Source of the DNA: an uncultured Bacteroidales bacterium
Lineage (GTDB): Bacteria > Bacteroidota > Bacteroidia > Bacteroidales > WCHB1-69
Direction of reading: 5' to 3'
Assembly: GCA_900319925.1 (NCBI GenBank)
Contig: ONQE01000005.1
Location: 16,373 to 80,372 of the forward strand
Length of the DNA: 64,000 nt
In this document: positions 42,201 to 47,480 of the stretch, piece by piece
Layout of the letters: every line of letters starts with the position of its first letter
Numbering within the stretch: position 1 is the stretch's first letter
Position numbers and translations under genes: made by a program
Notes under the pieces: model-generated
The model's input: the letters and a program-made list of their open reading frames with translations, nothing else
Databases searched by the model: none
Told to the model about the DNA's origin: nothing

Positions 42201-45008
42201 AGATGTGCTGGTGGAAGTGTAAAACTGTAGGAAATTTTTACCGGAAGCGGCATGGCCGAAGTATATTGGTGCTTGTGCTTGTATGTTCGGCATACCATTA
42301 AAGCTGGTGCCTGAATTGATGCGGCTCCAGCAGTAGGGAAGGTTTGCCATAAGATAGGAGACGGTGGCGTCGTAAGAATCAAAATTTTCAACATACGGCA
42401 GATTAAGGTATCCGCATTCGGTTGAGACGCTGAGCCGGTTGGTGTAATTGCTGACGTTATTGCCGCCGCAGTTCGCCCTTACATAGAAGTCATAGCCCGT
42501 GGTCGGGATCAGGCCGGTGACCGTGTATGAGTTGCTGGTAACCGTCACCGTCGTGCCGTTGCCTTGGGTGAAACCGATGGGACCGTATTCGATATCCCAG
42601 GCTGTGGCAGTGCCCATCTCCGTCCAGGAGAGGGTAATGCTGCTCGGGGTGATGTTGGATGCGGTCAAATTCATCGGAGTGATACAGGAGGGCAGAACGT
42701 CAACCATAATGTTGTCTATGAAGCCGGGGTTGGTGGTTGTGGTTGCTGACTTAGGCGCCATAATGGCGATATAGCTGCCGGAACCGGTGTAGTGGCTGAA
42801 GGGGAACTCGTAGTGTTTGTAGGAACCGGCTACGGTGGAGAAGGTATCCACTGGTACGAACGTATTTTTGTCTGCTGGATTGGAGATGACACCCACCACA
42901 GCTGTGAACACGTAGTCATTGCACCTTGCATCGAAGGAAAGCCGCAGGGTGTTTATAGGATGGGTCGTGATATCAATTTGCGGCAGAATGGCTATCTGGT
43001 CATCGAAGGTTTCGTGGTTATAGGTGTCGAAACGCAGAGAGTTGCTGCCAGTAGAAGCAAACGACGAATTTTGGTAGACGATAGGGTAGCCGGAAAATGA
43101 CGTGCTGGTGGCGGCGTTAAGGTAGTTCCAGCACTCCGGCAGGTTGTTGGATGCAGCGGTGGAGCTTGTGTAACCCGTGTAAGAGTCAAAGTCCTCCGTG
43201 AACGGCAGCGTGGCGATACCCGGGCACGGTATGTACTCCACCGTCACATCGTCGATGCTCAGGTAATGGCCAATATAGGCCGTGGAACTTTTGAATGCTA
43301 TATGGGCAGATTCGACACCTGCGGGTACTCCCCCAAATGTCACTTCCGCAAGGGTCATAGTTGTAACCTTGTCCAAACCCCGTAATTCAACAAACGTGCT
43401 GGCATCAGATGGATCCGTCATATAGCCCACAATCAAGTTTCCATCATTGCTGCTTTCGTTCCGATAGTAGAACGATAGCTTCAGGTTATGGATGTCCTTC
43501 TCGAAGAGGGGCAGTGCCACAAATATAGGTATGTTGGGGCTGGCTCTAAATAGCAATGATTTACCGCTTATCGTATAATTTGCAAATTGGCCTATATAAA
43601 CATAAGGAGGATTTGCGCCATTGTTGAAGGGACTCATACTTCTGTTGAGAAATGTCCAGCAGTCGGGTAGGGTCACGTCCGGATAAGATGACGGGACTAG
43701 GTAATTTGATGACACTCCTTGCGTATAGGAGTCGAAGTTCTCGGTGTAGGGCAACGCGACGGTCATGCACAGCGAGGTAATCGTTACCTCGTCGATAACC
43801 ACACCGTAGTTTCCTTCAGCGGCTGTAAACCGGAAGGCTAAGCGAGCGTTATCGGGCAGGTTGTTGATAGTCAGATTCGACAGGGTCATGCCAGTAGTGA
43901 CTGGACAGGAGTCCACTGCCACAAAGGAGTAGTTGGGATCGAAGTCGTATCCGTTGTCTGATGTGATATAACCGACGGTGAGCGTTCCGGAAAGGTTTCC
44001 GTTCATATAAGAATAGTAGAATGAGAGTTCCAGCGGATCGCCGTTTGCTCCTGTGAATTTTGGGAGCATCGCATACACTGGGGTCTCGGGGGTACTATAC
44101 AATACGAGGCCGTTTCCGGACTTGGCCAATGTGTTGCTTGAGGTCAGGAATGCTTGTGGCTTAAGATACCTGTATTCGCTGAGGTTGAAGAAATTCCAGC
44201 AATCGGGATAGGTAATGTCGGGATAGTTGTTCGGACTGTATTGGTTGGTGGAGATAAACCCCGTGTAGGAGTCGAAATCTTCCGCGTAGGGCAACGCCAC
44301 GCCTTCACAATCGGTGCGTTTGTGCATAACTTTGGTCCAGTCACTCCAGCTCGTATCCGTTCCGTTTATACAGTTCACCCTCATGGCGAGCGAATAGTCG
44401 GTGCCCGGTTCTAAACCTTGATTGATTACTCCATTGTAATGCACAGAATCTGTTTCATTAAAGTACCAAGCTGAGGAGTAAGAGGAGGGATTGTTCAAAT
44501 TAAAAGTACTCTTGAGCCCTTGTGCGATTTCGAGTGTATAGCTGTCGCCGGAGTGGAAATTTGGATTTTTGAAATCGAAAAAAATCTCATTGGGGGAAAG
44601 AAAGTGTTCCGAAAGCGTCACCACCGGTCGTTTGCAGCCGTCGGGCGTAGTGAAAGTGTATGACACCACATCGCTGAGAACGTAACCGGTGCACGTGGTT
44701 TGAAGGTAGCAGTAATAGGTGGTGTTGGGTTCCAAGTCTGTCCAATCCTCACTCGGATAGCCGACATACCCTCCAGCACTCCAATCCCAATTGGTGTGTG
44801 TGTTGAAATCCGTCACGGGCACGATGGACCGGTACAGCGTATATTGCTGCACATTAGTCGATGTGCTTTCCGTCCACGACACGTGGGCGGAGGTGGTCGT
44901 CACATTGGTGACAGTGAAATTGGTGGGCGGGGCGCATTGCGCTTCCACATTCGCGGCCGGCCAGCAAACCGCGGCCAGCATAACCATAAGGAATAAACTT
45001 TTTTTCAT
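30216..45008 (-). CDS. giant T9SS-sorted surface protein (about 4,930 aa)
   Basis: Signal peptide MKKSLFLMVMLAAVCWPAANVEAQ. About 14 Fn3-like modules (...YDFYVRANCG). About 15 LP[YF]xENFD...CW modules that look like choice-of-anchor-J. Three larger DDFES..CW modules and other unassigned modules. The C-terminus LTVYPNPTTGVVNV...GVYFVKAV... is a T9SS type-A CTD. I chose the start at the second ATG because the -7 box at 45058 abuts the ORF-track ATG at 45053 (its last base is 4 nt upstream), too close for that ATG to lie in the transcript. Confidence 0.85.
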   Translation of the reverse strand: MKKSLFLMVMLAAVCWPAANVEAQCAPPTNFTVTNVTTTSAHVSWTESTSTNVQQYTLYRSIVPVTDFNTHTNWDWSAGGYVGYPSEDWTDLEPNTTYYCYLQTTCTGYVLSDVVSYTFTTPDGCKRPVVTLSEHFLSPNEIFFDFKNPNFHSGDSYTLEIAQGLKSTFNLNNPSSYSSAWYFNETDSVHYNGVINQGLEPGTDYSLAMRVNCINGTDTSWSDWTKVMHKRTDCEGVALPYAEDFDSYTGFISTNQYSPNNYPDITYPDCWNFFNLSEYRYLKPQAFLTSSNTLAKSGNGLVLYSTPETPVYAMLPKFTGANGDPLELSFYYSYMNGNLSGTLTVGYITSDNGYDFDPNYSFVAVDSCPVTTGMTLSNLTINNLPDNARLAFRFTAAEGNYGVVIDEVTITSLCMTVALPYTENFDSYTQGVSSNYLVPSSYPDVTLPDCWTFLNRSMSPFNNGANPPYVYIGQFANYTISGKSLLFRASPNIPIFVALPLFEKDIHNLKLSFYYRNESSNDGNLIVGYMTDPSDASTFVELRGLDKVTTMTLAEVTFGGVPAGVESAHIAFKSSTAYIGHYLSIDDVTVEYIPCPGIATLPFTEDFDSYTGYTSSTAASNNLPECWNYLNAATSTSFSGYPIVYQNSSFASTGSNSLRFDTYNHETFDDQIAILPQIDITTHPINTLRLSFDARCNDYVFTAVVGVISNPADKNTFVPVDTFSTVAGSYKHYEFPFSHYTGSGSYIAIMAPKSATTTTNPGFIDNIMVDVLPSCITPMNLTASNITPSSITLSWTEMGTATAWDIEYGPIGFTQGNGTTVTVTSNSYTVTGLIPTTGYDFYVRANCGGNNVSNYTNRLSVSTECGYLNLPYVENFDSYDATVSYLMANLPYCWSRINSGTSFNGMPNIQAQAPIYFGHAASGKNFLQFYTSTSTSCDDQYVVLPQIDVSSYPMNTLQLFFDASSAYTNNSNYTFKLMVGVMTNPTDRTTFVVVDSIVPASNTYATYNVSFSNYDGTGSYIALMAPKPVSGNNYGFVDNLEVNAHCAPVVVDATHSFTDDFESDLCWQLINGDRPNAWARGEAVNHGGSKALYISNDGGTTNAYNTNSYNSVVYASKLFSLEAGQYDFSYDWMCTGESCCDYLRVALVPGLQELTASTYPPSGLSGTSLPDGWIALDGGKKLNGSGIWTEQQPLNVNITEAGIYTVVFVWRNDGSGGSNPPAAIDNFNVTKAACPSPYNLTVSDITSTTAALQFSTYGQSSFTYALAKANDFDVTNSSQWHTLTSTSTTLAGLEPFTRYTVAVKSSCPDNSTTNHWSEPVSFTTALDCGSRASRQFAIGTHTSQNASYPFYSLASSSGNQGASWQIFTADEILDGSEFAGAIKGIAWKSSQNASIPFQIYMANTSKDAFADAADTVSRATMTKVYDGTMDFAAGEWTDIAFTTPFEYDATANLLIMVYRPTLALSQSVYFDYSACDGDKTIYYSGAESLETGYGTSKRNNTRFTMCVTEATECDPVTTLPFTDDFESDQCWQLINGTNTNAWVWDSATNNGGSKALYISNDGGTTNAYTTTAPSMVYAAKPFSLSAGEYAVRYDWKAEGESAYDYMRVALVPTSETLEAGTSSPFDVNTLPTSWIALDGGTKLNQIQEWTTIEVDNITVPEDGNYNVVFAWWNDNSVGTNPPAAVDNFSIRRTTCSSPRNLAVQNITPSSATVQFTHSGEATEFTYVLAETVNFNMTDTTQYHTTHSLSNTVTNLTPNTSYTVAVRTNCGDEEHSIWSAPYTFMTPCYPVTILPFTENFDAHAGATITSVATNNLPYCWSYLNTGTSTSYTGYPIIYADASYAASGSNALRFYLYNSNNFDNQMAILPQIDPTLYPVNNLQLSFDAKSHNSYKFTVVVGVIANPSDKTTFVPIDTIMTTSDTYTNYKFPFSQYTGPEGFIAVMAPRPTSNSSYNAGYIDNIVVDVWTCPKPKYVTASSSTETSIDLAWTEMGNASAWDIEYGPKGFAQGSGTMLTGVTSNPYTITGLTHSTGYDFYVRANCGGGDVSMFSTVCTAGTECLPISNLPFTENFDQYPGSSTWGLAFSNLPHCWNNITTSDISSYSGYPIIYSSSSSALSGSNSLQFDVSENYDDQIAILPQIDITTLPINTLQLSFDARNSSNQLTIIVGVMTAPTDKTTFVPVDTLTTTLSAYKHYDIPFSHYTGSGSYIAIMAPKPTTGDNTGNIDNLVLDLLPSCIIPTDVNASNITPNSITISWTEMGTATSWNIEYGPIGFTQGHGTTVTVNSNSYSATGLTPSTGYDFYVRANCGNGDFSQYTNRFSASTICGYLSMPYAENFDAYDANTAYVIANLPYCWSRINSGDIYEGLPIIYNSNTYAASSSNSLRFHTSANTSYDDQIAVLPQINNNSYPINTLQLSLDACMYAEYPDYIFKLMVGVMTDPTDRTTFEIVDSIVPAATTYATYTVPLSSYTGSGSYIALMAKKPASGYNTGFIDNLEVTTCAKPTIVIASNPTETSIDLAWIETSGATAWEIEYGPAGFTPGDANSNTVTATSTPYTLANLTPGTLYDIYVRSDCGGDHSLWISTQAHTQICDSSDQCEYTFALNDAYGDGWNGGYLLVKQNGITMAKVTMSSGFKATKTVSLCNNIPAELEWHSASYDNEVSFTMSNPFGDILYSDSIPAAGTLFTFTTSCIEVCPKPQNLNAENATGTSMDLAWDEMGSATSWEVAYGPAGFTPGDANSNTVTATSNPYTLANLTPLTTYDIYVRSDCGSGDYSRWSNVYTVTTACGKITELPFLENFDAHAGATSTSVAANNLPYCWSNYNTGTGTSCSGYPIIYASATYAASGNNAMRFYTYTPSVSYSDQTAILPAIDANTFPTNTLQLTFDARQNDSSYPFTLVVGVMSDPTDISTFTAVQTVTVSSTTYNTFDVPLTSYTGAGEYIAIKAPQPTSGYNRGYVDNIFVDVAPLCSKPTNVIASNIMATSADINWQLGGDETAWEVVVVPAGASVTTGSPVLVSTHPYTLTNLSDSTSYDVYVRADCGTGADFSFWSKKCTFTTFPLCTSPTDVLVSQVTGTSALVSWTPAIFGATGYTVSYSKSGTNNWISQTVTGDCYMLSGLTPETAYTVSVASECNEGNAPVVTQTFTTSCLYSDNIQIGNGTETTYKIPLNNYFKYSYTQQIFLASELIGVATISNIAFEYSYSSPSSQKGNVSIYLGHTNKSSFSSSSDTVNPANLQLVYTGPMNCHQGWNTFYFTTPFQYNGTDNLVIAIDDNSGGYDGNSYTFYAHDAGAKRSLYYYSDSYNMDPTNPGGTSASSSVTSTRTNIKISMPCDYTVTCIAPNVYVSGATENSITVNWVPGNTESTWEMEYNSATDTNWVSQGTVSNAPYTINNLQSNTLYNIRLRSVCGGGEYSNWTTLCHLTECGPLNDLPFAENFDTYGTGSNKYIRCWNRINTYSSGSSTNPYITSTRYNGVGSLYFYAGDTSTYNIAITPEFDAAIPINTLKASFMYSANNPTDQLIVGVMTDPNDAASFVAVDTVYPANPASTWVEKEIHFSGYTGGGHYIAFKNEYTTDYAYAYIDSLNINLIPDCARPVHVTSTNATTNSIELSWYQDGTPASWVIEYGPSGFTPGTGTKVTATTNPFTVTGLSHSTGYDFYITAVCGTGDSSVTSLVYSAATSCSAIDALPYVDNFDSYGTGDAIYPLCWDRINTYTSSSYRYPYITSTRYNGVGSLYFYATGSGKYNIAITPEFDAAIPVNTLWATFMYKASNSTDRLIVGVMTSPTDTASFVAVDTVYPATPASTWVEKEVFFNGYTGGGHYIAFKNEYTTANAAAYIDSLTIDLMPTCPRPHHLAVSDATSNSIELGWRENGSASTWEIAYGAPGFNPDSTGATVVTANTNPFTVTGLNSATEYEFYVRATCSSVDVSSWSEGVEAATTMVPVALPYTADFTDVTDSWVLNNGDCANYWTRGTVGGEGALFVTNDGTTPGYVTNKTTVVSAQKLFTVGTADTITITFDVQVKGESSYDYLKMFLSPAIEQYPAYTSVPSGPYYGNNNDSTYAYDFYANGYGTRSNYHYILNLLDSTIHVVAKMPNPNANPTSSSTAQLVFAWKNDNSSGIQPPAIIQNLTVTVPAAPCVPIAELPYFEDFEGYTGSTTAATGVEPDCWELVHEDVAMTAGKRPQLYYGSAYAHSGNYSLRMVNRGIYAMPALDPSIELNTMKLEMYLRQSNAKYQLQVGVWEGDSTFVPVATINNASTDIEYVEVHFSNYTGNGHRIAFRNVTTSTYSYSYNYIDDIVLSEAPLSAECDSIATLPYTENFDGHTESTTAATGIEPRCWELVQEDVAMTAGRRPQLYYGSAYAHSGNYSLRMVNRGIYAMPALASHIAINTLKLEMYLLQTNAKYQLQVGVWEEDSTFTPVALINNATTGVEYVEVDFSEYTGNGHRIAFRNVTTSTYAYSYNYIDDISISNNCKILSLPYTENFDGYTESTTAATGVEPECWELVQEDVAMTAGRRPQLYYGTANAHSGNYSLRMVNRGIYAMPALASSIAINTLKLEMYLQQSNAKYQLQVGVWEGDSTFVPIATINNATTGVEYVEVYFSNYMGNGHRIAFRNTASNNSLSYSYNYLDDIVLIEAPISAGCDSIATLPYTENFDGYTQSTAAATGIEPKCWELVQEDVAMTAGKRPQLYYGTAYAHSGDYSLRMVNRGIYAMPALASSVELNTLKLEMYLRQSNAKYQLQVGVWEGDSAFVPVATIDNATTGLEYVEVDFSNYTGNGHRIAFRNVTTGSYSYSYNYIDDISLSIVPNKIEEVGTGSGTATGDGSMTDDVEIGTPMGVDGFAEEFENLTVYPNPTTGVVNVQWTMNNVQVETVEIHVLDAYGKLVNVVRVQPDETVQIDLSRYARGVYFVKAVADGNVLGVKKVVRS
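30567..32591 (-). repeat. intragenic tandem array of four modules of about 170 aa each (510, 495, 510 and 510 bp)
   Basis: The module-initial Cys codons are at 32589-91, 32079-81, 31584-86 and 31074-76. There are long stretches of near-identical DNA, for example gttgcggaaggcgatgcggtg in every copy. Confidence 0.9.
33192..34733 (-). repeat. intragenic tandem duplication, 2 x 771 bp (LPxxxNFD module plus Fn3)
   Basis: The Cys codons at 34731-33 and 33960-62 are exactly 771 bp apart. Shared peptide: YITSTRYNGVGSLYFYA...IAITPEFDAAIP.NTL...GGGHYIAFKNEYTT. Confidence 0.85.
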
Positions 45009-45057
45009 AACCTTTATATTTAAATTAAACTTCTTTCCAAGAACAGAAAACACGCGG

Positions 45058-45065
45058 CAAAGTTA
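45058..45065 (-). promoter_or_regulatory. -7 box TAACTTTG for the giant gene
   Basis: The plus strand reads caaagtta, 50 nt upstream of the ATG at 45008. Confidence 0.5.
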
Positions 45066-45225
45066 GTAAAAATATTTTGGAACATCAAGCAAAAAATCGC
45101 ATTATTTTGTCGTTTTTTTTAAGGTGATAGTGCTAATGTATTGGTTGTTAGCTGGTTGAGAGATATTCCGCTCGCCGCCTGACGTCGACGGCGGCCCACC
45201 CCCATTTTGAGCCTGCCCCGCCGGC

Positions 45226-45274
45226 AGTAACTGCTAACTGCTAACTACTAACTGCTAACTACTAACTGCTAACC
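45226..45274 (+). repeat. H2 heptamer array (TAACTGC/TAACTAC, 7 units)
   Basis: Reads agtaactgctaactgctaactactaactgctaactactaactgctaacc. It lies in the divergent region between the giant gene and the PPIase gene. Confidence 0.95.
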
Positions 45275-45284
45275 AAAAAAATTG

Positions 45285-45292
45285 TATCTTTG
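45285..45292 (+). promoter_or_regulatory. -7 box TATCTTTG for the PPIase gene
   Basis: Matches TAnnTTTG 26-32 nt upstream of the ATGs at 45318 and 45324. It directly follows the H2 array and an A-run. Confidence 0.55.
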
Positions 45293-45323
45293 CCGCTTGT
45301 TTATAAACTGACGGAAAATGTAT

Positions 45324-46064
45324 ATGAAAAAGACATTAGCGTACGTTATGGTGTTGAGTATCACGGTCTTGGCGGCCTGCTCCTCACCCAAGAAGGTCAA
45401 GACGGAAGAGGCCTCCGCCACCACCGGCGCCACCGAACAGACATCCCAAAACAAAGACAAAGATAACGACAAGATGACCCAAGTCCTACTGAAAACCACA
45501 TTCGGCGACATCGTGATCGCCCTCTACAACGACACGCCCCAGCACAAGGCCAACTTCGTGAAGCTGGTCAACGACAAGTTCTACGACGGCGTGCTCTTCC
45601 ACCGCATCATCAAGGGCTTCATGATCCAGGGCGGCGACCCCGACTCCAAGACCGCGAAACCCGGCCAGCGCCTCGGCTCCGGCGATGTCGGCTACACCAT
45701 CCCCGCCGAGTTCGTGCCCGCCCACATCCACAAACGCGGCGCCGTGGCCGCAGCCCGCATGGGCGACAACGTCAACCCCCAGAAGGCCTCCTCCGGATGC
45801 CAGTTCTACATCGTTGACGGCACCGTCTACGACAACGACAAGCTCAACATGCTCGCCATGCGCCTCGGCAAGACCTTCACCCCCGAACAGGTCCAGGCCT
45901 ACACCACCGACGGCGGCGCCCCCTTCCTCGACGGCGAATACACCGTCTTCGGCGAAGTCGTCCGCGGCATGACCGTCGTCGACAAGATCGCCGCCCAACA
46001 AAAAGACGGCGCCGACCGCCCCGTAGAAGACATCAAAATCATCAGCGCGACGATAATGGAGTGA
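45324..46064 (+). CDS. cyclophilin-type peptidyl-prolyl cis-trans isomerase lipoprotein
   Basis: Lipobox VLAACS. Motifs FHRIIKGFMIQGGDP and ...GCQFYIV...LDGEYTVFGEV. An alternative start is at 45318. Confidence 0.85.
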   Translation: MKKTLAYVMVLSITVLAACSSPKKVKTEEASATTGATEQTSQNKDKDNDKMTQVLLKTTFGDIVIALYNDTPQHKANFVKLVNDKFYDGVLFHRIIKGFMIQGGDPDSKTAKPGQRLGSGDVGYTIPAEFVPAHIHKRGAVAAARMGDNVNPQKASSGCQFYIVDGTVYDNDKLNMLAMRLGKTFTPEQVQAYTTDGGAPFLDGEYTVFGEVVRGMTVVDKIAAQQKDGADRPVEDIKIISATIME

Positions 46065-46182
46065 GATTTGTGATTTGTGATTTGTGATTTGTGACTTGTG
46101 ACTTGTGATTTGTGACTTGTGATTTGTGACTTGTGATTTGTGATTTGTGATTTGTGATTTGTGATTTGTGACTTGTGACTTG
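46064..46182 (-). repeat. H1 heptamer array in TTTGTGA orientation (TTTGTGA/CTTGTGA, about 17 units)
   Basis: Begins at the PPIase TGA (46062-64) and runs to 46182, where it abuts the H3 array. Confidence 0.95.
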
Positions 46183-46183
46183 C

Positions 46184-46232
46184 ACCCATAACCCATAACC
46201 CTTAACCCATAAACCTTAAACCTTAAACCATA
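46184..46232 (+). repeat. H3 heptamer array (ATAACCC/TTAACCC/TTAAACC, 7 units)
   Basis: Reads cacccataacccataacccttaacccataaaccttaaaccttaaaccataat and ends 2 nt before the pheS ATG at 46235. Confidence 0.95.
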
Positions 46233-46234
46233 AT

Positions 46235-47260
46235 ATGAAAAACATAGACGAAATAAGATCGGAAATAGAGAATTACAAAATCGAGAACGCTGAGACGCTG
46301 GAGCAGTTCAGGCTCCAGTTCCTGAGCAAGAAGAGCGAGATCCAGGCCCTGTTCGGCGAAATCAAGAACATGGCCCAGGAGAACCGCAAGGAGTTCGGTC
46401 AGCTGGTCAACGACCTGCGCGACATGGCCCAGAACCACTACAACGAGTTCAAGACCCGCATCGAGGCCGCCGCTGACAAGAAGGCCGACCTCATCCCCGA
46501 CATCACACGCCCCGCCGCGCAACGCGAGATCGGCTCCATGCACCCCATCTCCCTGATGATGAACGAGGTGCGCCGCATCTTCGAGGACATCGGCTTCTCC
46601 GCCGTCGAGGGCCCCGACATCGAGGACGACTGGCACGTCTTCACCGCCCTCAACTTCGCCGAGGAACACCCCGCCCGCGACATGCAGGACACCTTCTTCA
46701 TCGAGCTGCACCCCGACGTGCTGCTCCGCACGCACACCTCCTCGCTGCAGGTGCGCACCATGGAGAAGCAGCAGCCCCCGATTCGCGTGATCTGCCCCGG
46801 CCGCGTCTTCCGCAACGAGGCCATCACCTCCCGCGCCCACTGCATCTTCCACCAGGTGGAAGGCCTCTACGTGGCCGAGAAGGTCTCGTTTGCCGATATG
46901 AAGCAGACCCTGCTCTACTTCGCCCAACGGATGTTCGGCGACGAGGTCCGCATCCGTCTGCGCCCCTCCTACTTCCCCTTCACCGAGCCCTCCGCCGAGA
47001 TGGACGTCTCCTGCAACATCTGCGGCGGCGCCGGCTGCAACCTCTGCAAGCACACCGGCTGGGTCGAGATCCTCGGCTGCGGCATGGTCGACCCCAACGT
47101 CCTCGAAAACTGCGGCATCAACAGCAAGAAGTACAGCGGCTTCGCCTTCGGCCTCGGCATCGAACGCATGACCATGCTCAAATACCGCACCAACGACATC
47201 CGCCTCTACTTCGAAAACGACCTCCGCTTCCTCCAACAATTCAAACCCGCCACGAGGTAG
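46235..47260 (+). CDS. pheS: phenylalanine--tRNA ligase alpha subunit
   Basis: 341 aa. Class II motifs: HPARDMQDTFF, LRTHTSSLQVR, GRVFRNE, FHQVEG, FPFTEPS and GFAFGLGIERM. Confidence 0.92.
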   Translation: MKNIDEIRSEIENYKIENAETLEQFRLQFLSKKSEIQALFGEIKNMAQENRKEFGQLVNDLRDMAQNHYNEFKTRIEAAADKKADLIPDITRPAAQREIGSMHPISLMMNEVRRIFEDIGFSAVEGPDIEDDWHVFTALNFAEEHPARDMQDTFFIELHPDVLLRTHTSSLQVRTMEKQQPPIRVICPGRVFRNEAITSRAHCIFHQVEGLYVAEKVSFADMKQTLLYFAQRMFGDEVRIRLRPSYFPFTEPSAEMDVSCNICGGAGCNLCKHTGWVEILGCGMVDPNVLENCGINSKKYSGFAFGLGIERMTMLKYRTNDIRLYFENDLRFLQQFKPATR

Positions 47261-47306
47261 TTAGCAGTTAGTAGTTAGTAGTTAGTAGTTAGCAGTAAGC
47301 AGTAAC
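47257..47306 (-). repeat. H2 heptamer array in reverse orientation (GTTAGTA/GTTAGCA, 7 units)
   Basis: Reads gtagttagcagttagtagttagtagttagtagttagcagtaagcagtaac. The pheS TAG stop (47258-60) is in the first unit. Confidence 0.95.
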
Positions 47307-47334
47307 GATTGAAACACCATATATGAAAAATATT

Positions 47335-47373
47335 ATTCCTTAAGCAGCCCCGTTAGGGGCAAGAGCTTGGTAG
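47335..47373 (-). repeat. single inverted copy of the 52-bp REP-like unit seen at 13281-13436
   Basis: attccttaagcagccccgttaggggcaagagcttggtag matches the reverse complement of unit 2 at about 33 of 39 positions. It is followed by a second hairpin, cccagggt...accctggg (47375-47405). Confidence 0.75.
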
Positions 47374-47420
47374 CCCAGGGTAAGGCCGCAGGCCGCCACC
47401 CTGGGATGAATGATGGGATG

Positions 47421-47477
47421 ATAAACCCATAACCCATAAACCTTAAACCTTAAACCTTAAACTATAACCCATAAACC
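47421..47477 (+). repeat. H3 heptamer array (ATAAACC/ATAACCC/TTAAACC, about 8 units)
   Basis: Ends 3 nt before the ATG at 47481. Confidence 0.95.
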
Positions 47478-47480
47478 AAT

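Noticed and set aside
45009-45053. ORF-track start codons lying further upstream than the ones I chose (giant gene 45053; also 28550, 19023, 18943, 3322 and 62903)
   Set aside because: In each case the extension precedes an obvious signal peptide or conserved N-terminus. Several extensions lie upstream of, or overlap or abut, the TAnnTTTG -7 box that best explains transcription. 62903 is a GTG in a hairpin region.
46064-46182. H1 arrays in TTTGTGA orientation as stacked Bacteroidota promoter elements (multiple TTTG motifs)
   Set aside because: The 4 nt preceding each TTTG are gtga or gtgac, not TAnn, so no unit matches the TAnnTTTG -7 consensus. The idea remains untested but the sequence does not support it.
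45486-46196. ORFs that translate heptamer arrays as (ITNHKSQ)n: 45486..46196, 52453..53052, 60819..61199 and 61498..61833 on the minus strand, 7259..7450 on the plus strand, and others
   Set aside because: The open frames follow trivially from the TCACAAA unit having no stop in any frame. These ORFs overlap well-supported genes in other frames. The two linker-initiated versions (MPTSSLMSWHKS and MPSLSLMLWHKS) differ mostly by non-synonymous changes. I see no independent coding evidence.
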